A DNA stretch of 63,512 nt, the filler included, from Chrysochromulina tobinii (lineage: Eukaryota), in assembly GCA_001275005.1 (NCBI GenBank). It is 8 parts of 8 records of this genome, joined end to end, with 100 filler letters (N's around TTAATTAATTAA, not from the genome) between each part and the next. Parts side by side here need not be neighbours in the genome. Positions count along the whole stretch, not along the records: positions 52,476 to 57,492 come from JWZX01000642.1; positions 57,593 to 60,828 come from JWZX01000644.1; positions 60,929 to 63,512 come from JWZX01000655.1; 5 more parts are not named here. The stretch is one strand, 5' to 3'. Of the stretch, positions 55,344-63,512 are shown in pieces. The notes under the pieces are model-generated. The model was not told the DNA's origin. It saw only the letters and a list, made by a program, of their open reading frames with translations, and did not search any database. The translations under genes and the position numbers were made by a program. Within the stretch, counting starts at the first letter, position 1. The number at the start of each line of letters is the position of its first letter.

Positions 55344-57120
55344 GAACAGGTCCAGTACATGTTGCATGTTTTGCGGAGGCTCGGGGAGTTTTGCGGCGGC
55401 GGGCGCGCCGGCGGCGGCACCAGCGCCAAAACCAGCGCCGAAACGCGTGGTGGGCGCGCCGCCTGGCGCGCCGGCGAGTGTTGAGGCGGGGCTCGATTGA
55501 CAGATAACAGCGGCGGCGGGGGGCGCGAAGTCGGCGGCACCTCCTGCGCCGAAGCCGGCACCTCCTGCGCCGAAAGCCGGCACCTCCTGCGCCGAAGGCA
55601 CCAGCGCCAAAACCAGCGCCGAAACCCAGGGTGGGCGCGCCAGCTGGCGCGCCGGCGAGTGTTGAGGCGGGGCTCGATTGACAGATAACGGCGGCGGCGG
55701 GCGCGATGCCGGCGGCACCTCCTGCGCCGAAGCCGGAGGCACCAGCGCCAAAACCAGCGCCGAGACCCAGGGTGGGCGCGCCGCCTGGCGCGCCGGCGAG
55801 TGTTGAGGCGGGGCTCGATTGACAGATAACGGCGGCGGCGGCGGGCGCGATGCCAGCGGCACCTCCTGCGCCGAAGCCGGCGGCACCAGCGCCAAAACCA
55901 GCGCCGAAACCCAGGGTGGGCACGCCGCCTGGCGCGCCGGTGAGTGTAGAGCTGGCTGCTGGAGGTGCACCTGTGGGTTGATCTGTGGGTGCATCTGAGG
56001 ATGCGGGTGCATGTCCTGAAAGCTCTTCTGTGGTGCATATCTGAAGCTCGCTGTAGGCGGCATATCGAAACCTTTGCTCGCCGTTGTGTTGGTACTTGTA
56101 GACGACGCCTGTTCCTTGTCTAAAAACAGCTTCGAGAACTATGACACGGCGTCGCCCGCTGCGAGACGAAGATGATGAGATCAACCAGCAAGGAGTGTTT
56201 GGAGGAACCTGAGCGTTTGCAGCTTGCAGAGCTTGTTGCTCCCGCGCCTTCTCTTGAGCATCTTTGGCAGCCTGAGCTTCATCAGCCTTTCTTTTCTTGA
56301 TCCTCTCTTCCTTTTGTTCCTCAAGTCGCTTGCGTTGTTGCTCCTTCTCCTCGTTGGCAAGCCGAGCTGTGGCCTCCTTCTCAGCCTGTGCTGCAGCCCT
56401 CTCAGCCTGTGCTGCAGCCCTTGCTGCAGCCTGTAATCCATGTTTTTCGCGAAGCTTTGCTTCTTCCTCCTTCACCCTCTCGTCCCTCTCGAGCTTGAGC
56501 CGAACCTTTTCAGCTGACTCCTCGTTCTTCTTTAGCTTGAGCCGAGCCTTTTCAGCTGACACCACTTCTCTGTGGACGTCATCCAGCAACTTAATCGAGA
56601 TTGGGTTGACGTTTACTTCGCCACCGAGAAGTAGGGAATCAATCCACGCCGAGGCCCGTGAAACTCCATTCACTCGAGCATCTTGTAACTGATGAAGCAG
56701 GTTAGCAATGTCCTCAAAGAACACGTTCTTGGGCTTAATGCGATCCTCGCGCCACTCGGCGAACCCCTTTGCGTCGATGAACTCGACATTGTGCGGCTGC
56801 TCGAAGCACAGGGATGGCCAGAGAGGATGGTCCAGCACCACCAACCACTTGCCAAAGGGCACGGCACCATGAGCACGCTGAAAGTTCACGATGACTTCTG
56901 GCTTCACCGCGTACAGCATGAAGCTCACCACGTGGCGGTCCTCTAGCAATGCTTTCGCTTTTGCTGCAGCCTTTGTGGCGGCTGCTGCGGCGCGACCACC
57001 CTTCTCCTGCCAGTAGCAGGCAGGCAGGCCAGCCTTGCTGCGGTCACCGCCATGGCCACCCTTGCGGATGTATGTCCTCACCATTGAGACGGAAAGAGGG
57101 GCGGCTATCGTCGAGGGCAT
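54675..57120 (-). pseudogene. Frameshifted gene (or sequence error): charged coiled coil, FGAG repeats, polyQ, SR-rich tail
   Basis: ORF 57162-55099 and ORF 56063-54675 merge if the extra A in cgaaagcc (55573-55575; other copies read cgaagcc) is removed. Confidence 0.55.
55400..55945 (-). repeat. ~125-bp coding tandem repeat x4
   Basis: Repeated gcgccggcgagtgttgaggcggggctcgattgacagataac and accagcgccaaaaccagcgccga. Confidence 0.85.
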
Positions 57121-57592
57121 GGAGGCGGAATCAAAGTGTCGCAAGGAACGCGCCTCAGACAATCACGATGAAGAGATGAAGGGAGGCTCCGAGGATGGCA
57201 CTCTTCATGGTGCTGAAGCTCTAAATCCAAGTCTTCTGAAGAGCATGGAGCAGGTCATTTCCAGGGAGATCCAAAAGCCATCATGTCTATATGAGCCGGA
57301 CCTCAACATGACAATGCCTTGCCCCTGGAGGGGCAGCTGGGACACCGATAAGGCGAACCCGAACGTGTACATGATTATTGCTACGCGTCTCCGACCCAAA
57401 CCCGGTGCCGCGAGTGCCACGATACGTGGTCGCGAACCACGTATCTTGATCGAGATGGGCCAAATGGTCGCCAAGCACAAGGAACGACTCTTNNNNNNNN
57501 NNNNNNNNNNNNNNNNNNNNNNNNNNNNNNNNNNNNTTAATTAATTAANNNNNNNNNNNNNNNNNNNNNNNNNNNNNNNNNNNNNNNNNNNN

Positions 57593-58530
57593 TGCATTTT
57601 GGATATGATGCATTTTATTGCATTATGATGCATTCTCAGAGTCCGCTTCATGTTGGTGCATTCGTGACGTGGTGCATACGCAACGAGGATTATTGTGACG
57701 CATTGTGACGCATAGTGCATAGATGCATTTTAATGCATTCCTGACGAGGTGCATTTACGCGTATTGTAGTGCATGTTGATTCAGGTGCATTCTTATACAG
57801 TTGCATTTTAATGCATTCGCACGCCTCAGATCTTCAGATGCATTTCGTCTCCACAGCCCATCCGAAGCCCATCCTGTCCATGCTGCATGCTTCCATGTGA
57901 GTTTAGCCTTGAGTCCTAACTTGAGTCCGCTCGGCTTCTCTTGTGTATGTTTGTGTGGTCCACGAGTCTGGCGCATTTGTGCGCATACTCACGCATGTTG
58001 GGGTATTTTTTTGCATTCACACGCATCATGAAGCAGTCATGAAGCAAGTATCATGCTTATCATCGCGCCGCGCGCGGCGCATCCAAATCAGGCATTGTTC
58101 CCCTTTCGTGAACTGGAATACGAATTTATGCACATGAATGCATCATAGTTAGAATGCATCAGAATGCAACGCATTAACATGCATCTGAATGCGCTAATAT
58201 GCATCATGTTCAGAATGCATACATACGGTAATGCTCATGAATGTATCACGTGCACCAAATGCATGATAATGCAGCAGAGGATGGAAATGCATCGTATTAT
58301 AGATGCATGAAAATGCATTGAAATGCACCAGATACTGAATGCATTGTGATGCAACAAATGTAATGCAGGTAAATGCACATTAATGCATCGTACCAGAATG
58401 CAACCTACATGAATACGTCGAAATGCAAATGAATGCGTGAGCATGCAGCAGTTCAGAAATGCATCAAAATAGAATGCAATGAAATTTTGTTGAATGCATT
58501 AAAATGCACGAGAATGCAACAAAATGCGGT
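57593..58530. repeat. AT-rich degenerate TGCAT/ATGCA repeat region with mirrored strand polarity
   Basis: Left half is dominated by TGCATT, right half by AATGCA. Confidence 0.7.
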
Positions 58531-58728
58531 GAGTAATAAACTACACCGATTTGAGTAATAAACTACAACTATCCCGGCGGAGGAGGGGGCGGCGGAGGCG
58601 ACCATTACGACGACGACGATGATGAAGGCCCACCTCTTCCCCCTCAACTCCCGCCCTTCAGCAACGAGAACCCCACAGCCTCGCTTCCCACGTCCTTTGA
58701 CTCCATCCCCGATTCTGCATGGGCCACC

Positions 58729-60828
58729 TTGGGCCTCGATGAATCTGATGTGATTGCTCTCGAAAGGCGCCTTCTCGATTTCAGCACTTCTCGAAAGCTC
58801 TCCTCTCCCCAACGTGCCATGTTTGATCACTGCACGACGATTACCGCCGAAGCGATTACCTCTGCTTCACCCCAAATAGCTGCCCGCTATTATGCTCTCT
58901 TCCATCTCCTACCACGTATGCTCGTCACCGAGACGTCCTTACGACGAGCCAAGGCGTCATCCCCACGACCCTATTGGAGCCAAGGCAAAAAGAAGCAGCA
59001 GCAGCACCGCCGGCATGCCTCGACGGCCCACGAGGATGTCGTTTTCCGCTCTCGATGCTACGCTTTCCTCACAGGGAATTGGGCTCCCCTCCTCAAGGTC
59101 CATCGGTCGGCGCGCCGAATTGTACACGCAACTGATGACAAGAAGCTATCGCAAGACATCCTCGCCCTTATCCACGGTGGACAACTCAGTCGGGCCATGG
59201 CTCGAGCAGACGCGATGGCTCTTGCCGCGCCCGTTGCCTCCACGATAGCGGCCCTTCGTGCCTTACACCCCCCGGATGATCACGCCCTCCATCCCGATAG
59301 CTCCGACCCCCCTCCGATCTCCGACTACGCTCCCCCCGACCCACCCCTTGAGCCTCTCTCTCGCACCCACTTCCATGAAGTGTGGTTCCGCAAACTCCCC
59401 AAACTTTCTGCTGCTGACCACGGCGGCTGGCGCTACGAGTACCTTTCTTCTACCTACCGCTTCCTTTCCACTACACGCCCTGACGCCCCCCCCGGCGCTC
59501 CCTCCTCCTTTATCCCCGGCCGAGGCGCTGACGCCCTCTTCAACCTGGCCTCCACCATCTTCGATGGTCACATCCCCGCGTCTGTGCGCCCCTGGTTCCT
59601 CGGTGGCCGCCTGATTGCCCTCTCAAAGGAAGGTGATGACCCGTCACTCGATGAGACGAAACGCAAACTCCGGCCGATTGCCATCGGATCTACTCTGGGT
59701 AGAGCTGTATCCATGGTTGTGGCCCGACAGTACAAGGATCGCTTTGCCGCGTACCTTCAACCGCCCCCGCCAGGCTCCTCGAACCCCCCAGCGCAGCCCA
59801 ATGGGGCGCCCTGGCCCGCCCAAGTTGGTGTTGCCTGCAGCTCAGGCCTGGAGTTCACCACGCATTCCGTCCGAGCTGTCCTCGATGAAAATCCTTCATG
59901 GGTGGACGTCGCCCTGGACGCGAAGAATGCATTCAACTCCATCCACCGACGCACTTTCCTGAAGGTAATAGCCGAACGCTTCCCGGGCCTTTGGAGCTGG
60001 GTGTGGTCGAACTACGGCGAGCCCACGGAGCTCTACGTCAGACGCGATAACCTCGAACCGGAAGTCATCCTCAGCCGGTCCGGCACAAGGCAGGGGTGTC
60101 CTCTCGGTGCCCAACTTTTCGCCCTCGGCCTCCACCCAGTTCTCTGCCTCGTTCAATCCCTCCTTGGCCAAAGGGGCATGCTGATCGCATACGCCGACGA
60201 TATCCACATCCTTTGCCCGCCGACCGTAGCCAATGAAATCCTCCTTGTCCTTGCTGCCCCCGCGTCCATCTCCCCTCCAGCCAACCCCAATGACCCTATC
60301 CTCGACCCATCTTTCATCTCGACGGGCCTAGAGCTCGGACCGGGGAAGCAGTCCATCTACGGTCCCTCCTTATCCGATCCTGCCACCCGTGCACGCGTTA
60401 CCCAACTCCTCGGTCCCTCCATCCGCCTCCTCGGCGACCCCAGAATAGCCTCCTTCCAAGGCAAAGCAGACGCCATCCTGCGAGGGGAAGGCTCGACCAT
60501 CGCCCCTGGCCACCCTGTCCTCGGCTGCCCAGTCGGCACAGATGCCTACGTTGAGTCGGTCATCCAAGCCTCGGCAGATAAGGCTGCCGCCCTCGAGGGC
60601 ATCGATTTCATCTCCCACCTCGCCAGGCGCACCGACAATTCCATTCCGCCTGCCCTTCTCCACCAAGCCTCTTGGATTGCACCCAGACTAGCCCCTATGA
60701 TCAGAATGGCCCTCGGCTTCGCCGTCCGGCGAGGCCTCGCGGCAGCCGTCTATCACTGGTGGCGACGCTTCCCTGCTCTTGGCCAGCGACCCCCGACGCC
60801 GCCTCTGCCCCCGCCGCCGTCTCTGCTG
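58729..60828 (+). mobile_element. Non-LTR retrotransposon reverse transcriptase, CRE-clade-like, probably internally deleted
   Basis: GRLIALSK, LRPIAIG, QVGV..SGLE..HSVR, LDAKNAFNSI, GTRQGCPLG..LFALGL, AYADDI and LGCPVG..YV. Confidence 0.85.
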
Positions 60829-61494
60829 NNNNNNNNNNNNNNNNNNNNNNNNNNNNNNNNNNNNNNNNNNNNTTAATTAATTAANNNNNNNNNNNNNNNN
60901 NNNNNNNNNNNNNNNNNNNNNNNNNNNNCGCCGTCGCGCCACCAATGATGGCGCTGGCAATCTGGGTCCTCGTGGCCGTCTCGGGTCCCGGTGCCCTCTG
61001 AGGGGCCGCTGAGTGCCCTCTGAGTGCCGCTGAGTGCCGCTGAGTGCCCTCTGAGTGCTGCTGAGTGCCTCTGATTGCGTCTGATTGCGTCTGATTGCGT
61101 CTGAGTGCCTCTGAGCGCCTTTGAGTGCCTCTGAGTGCCTCTGAGTGCCTCTGAGTGCCTCTGATGACCTCTGATTGGCCTATGCGTGGCTCTGAGTGCT
61201 ACTGATTGCCCTCCGACTGCTCATTATGACCCCTGATTGCCCTTGATCACCTCTGACTGCCCTCTGACTGGCCTCTGATGACCTCCGACTGCTTACGATC
61301 ACCTCTGAGGGCCTCTGAGGGCCCGCTGAGGGCCGCTGAGGGCCACCGAGAGGCCTCTGATTGCCCTCTGAGTGGCGCTGAGTGCCCTCTGATTGCGAAT
61401 GATGACAACTGATTGCCCTTGATTACCTATGATGACCTCTGATGACCGCTCAGGGCCTCTCATCCACGCGGCAAGGGGGGAGGGGGCGGCGTAC

Positions 61495-62459
61495 CATGTC
61501 CCTCGCCGAGGCGGCCTCCGGGTTCGCCACGAGGAGCGCCTGCACCACCGCCACCGATGAGCTGCACGCAGCGGCGTAGTGAAGGGGCGTGCACCCGTCC
61601 TGTGCGTGGAACACAGCAGCAAGGATGAGCGATGACGTGGGCGGGGCGGATGAGAGGGACAGGGTGCTTGGACGCTACGCAGGGCGAGGGGCGGTGAAGA
61701 CCGCGTGCCGAGGGCCCTCTGCGTGCCTCTGAGTACCGCTGAATGCCACTGAGTGCCTCTGAGTGGCTCTGAGTGCCTCTGATGACCTCTGAGTGCCTCT
61801 GAGTACCTCTGATCACCTCTGATGAGCCACTGAGTACCTCTGATGGCCTCTGAGGGGCCCGCTGATGGCCTCTGAGGGGCCCACCGAGTGGCCACCGAGT
61901 GGCTCTGAGTGCCGCTGAGTGCCCTCTGATTGCGAATGATGACCACTGATTGCCCTTGATTACATATGATGACCTCTGATGACCGCTCAGGGCCTCTCAT
62001 CCACGCGGCAAGGGGGGAGGGGCGGCGTACATTGTCCCTCGCCGTGGCGGCCTCCGGGTACGCCGCGAGGAGCGCCTGCACCACCGCCACCGATGTGCTG
62101 CACCCAGCGGCCACGTGAAGGGGCGTGTACCGCCCGCCCTGTGCGTGGAACACAGCAGCAAGGACAGAAGGAGGGTGAGCGACGAGGTGGATGGGGCGGA
62201 TGTGAGGGACAGGGTGCTTGCGGGGGGCGCGCGAGCGCTGGCGAAGGTGCGGAGTCGTACGGCCGCGCCGCCGCCACCCCCTGCGGCCCTTCCCCTGCCC
62301 CCGCCCCGTCGATCGCTTCGCCACCGGGCGGCGCTGTCCCGAGCGCGTCGCGTGCAAAATGCGGCGCACCCAATTCGTCGCGCTGGCTGCTGCTGGCGTG
62401 ATCAGCGAGAGGACCTCGGCGTCGGGCCGTCTGTACGTGCGGTGATCCAGGAGGCTCAT
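61495..62459 (-). CDS. Ankyrin-repeat gene, one repeat per phase-0 exon. Exons 62459-62370, 62138-62031 and 61599-61495; continues toward the gap at 60928.
   Basis: Exons encode GGRYTPLHVAAGCSTSVAVVQALLAAYPEAATARDN and DGCTPLHYAAACSSSVAVVQALLVANPEAASARDM. Donors GT(A/G)CGCCGC, acceptors TTCCACGCAC(AG). Confidence 0.75.
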
Positions 62460-63512
62460 CCGCTCGCCTGGTCGATTGCGTGCGGAGGGCTGCGGGTGGG
62501 ACGGACGCGGCGTGGTCAGCACGGTCCGTGGCAGCGCGCGGCACGGCGGAGGGCAAGGAGCTGCAGCTCGAAGGCACCGCGAGCAGCAGCAGCCGTCCAC
62601 GTGGTGCACGGGACGTGGTGGAGAGGCTGCCGGGGACGAGCGAGCGGCGGGCCGGCGGCGGAGGACATCGGCGCGCGACCCAAGCACAAGGGCCGCCTAG
62701 CACGCGCTATCGGATCGGTTGCCTCGCGTGCGTACCTCCTCCACCGTCAGCAGGGTGGAAGTCCGACCCGAATGGACGTCCAAGTTTGCGTCGTGCCACT
62801 CGAATAGCGCACTCTCGATCCGTAATTGAGGATCTCGGGGAAATACACGTCAGAGTCTCTCGAAATTTACAATACAAAACGGCCGTGTATGCATGCATGC
62901 TCGCCCAGAGTGGACGATGTCCAAGTTTGCGTGCGTGCCTCTCGATCAGCACTCGATGCTCGTTATATAAATGATTTAGATTCAAGTCAAGTCGAGTCAA
63001 GTCAAGTGACCCACGGCTTCCCTTTCGCCCGTTTCCCTCGGCAAACTTGACTGATTGCGGTTCATCAAACTGCACGCACGGCAGCCTGGCGAGCGCGCGG
63101 CGCGGCGCGCGCGGCATCCCGCTTGTTCCCGGTCCCTGCGAAAGCGAGACCAGCACCAGGCTCACATCCTGTTGGTGTTGCGGGATCGGATCAAATCGTC
63201 CGACGGGCTGTCGTAGGTTTTATCCAAAACTTGAATGGAAACAGCCCCCCATCACCTCAGTCCTCAGTGGGTGCGAAGACTGAAGACACACTGTCCGGAG
63301 TGTGAGAGCAGGTAAGAGGTATTAAGTCCAGGTACGTTGCGCGCTTGCGCGTGCGCGTGCGGCCCGCGCCCGGCTCTGTATGTGCTGGGCCTCGGTAGTG
63401 CTAGTTTCAGAGTGTGCACACAGCCCGCCATGATAAAACCGTCCGGGTCCGGCCGTTAGCGATACACTGTGAGGGCGCCGTGGTGAGCACTTGCATGCTC
63501 GGTCCGGCCGAT

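Noticed and set aside
54783..55500. Poly-Cys and poly-Leu ORFs on the plus strand
   Set aside because: Antisense shadows of the CAG (polyQ) and SR repeats on the minus strand.
61299..62687. 462-aa minus-strand ORF
   Set aside because: Read-through of introns; only the short ankyrin exons look coding.

Overview
GC-rich, gene-dense eukaryotic nuclear DNA. The style suggests a haptophyte alga, possibly Chrysochromulina-like, but this is inference only. The window is eight contigs joined by seven artificial 100-nt N/TTAATTAATTAA/N spacers, so adjacency across gaps is unproven. Recognisable genes include an EF-hand protein, an SDR, an FG-nucleoporin, a 2OG-Fe(II) oxygenase, a kinase-Rab3GAP1 fusion, a Upf1-like SF1 helicase, an LRR protein, a tandem USP, the SPB1/FTSJ3 3' end, a DHCR7/DWF5 sterol reductase, an FAD monooxygenase-like protein, an LSMT-type SET protein, an FkbM methyltransferase and an ankyrin-repeat gene. 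Mobile DNA comprises a copia RNase H relic, a DIRS/Ngaro RT-RNase H with IQ motifs, a CRE-like LINE RT and a ~600-bp foldback element. The most striking feature is the intron architecture. Introns that can be placed exactly by restoring conserved reading frames are built from short degenerate TGAT repeats (CTGATTGCGT, CTGATGACCT, CTGATGGCCT, GATCTCCCTT), which match the YTRAY branch-point consensus. Most are bordered by, or contain, 4-36-nt copies of their own flanking exon sequence, and those copies supply the GT donor or AG acceptor. Four end in the same CCTCATCAG acceptor. This looks like an ongoing intron-generating process of junction duplication plus repeat synthesis, distinct from classical TIR Introner transposons.
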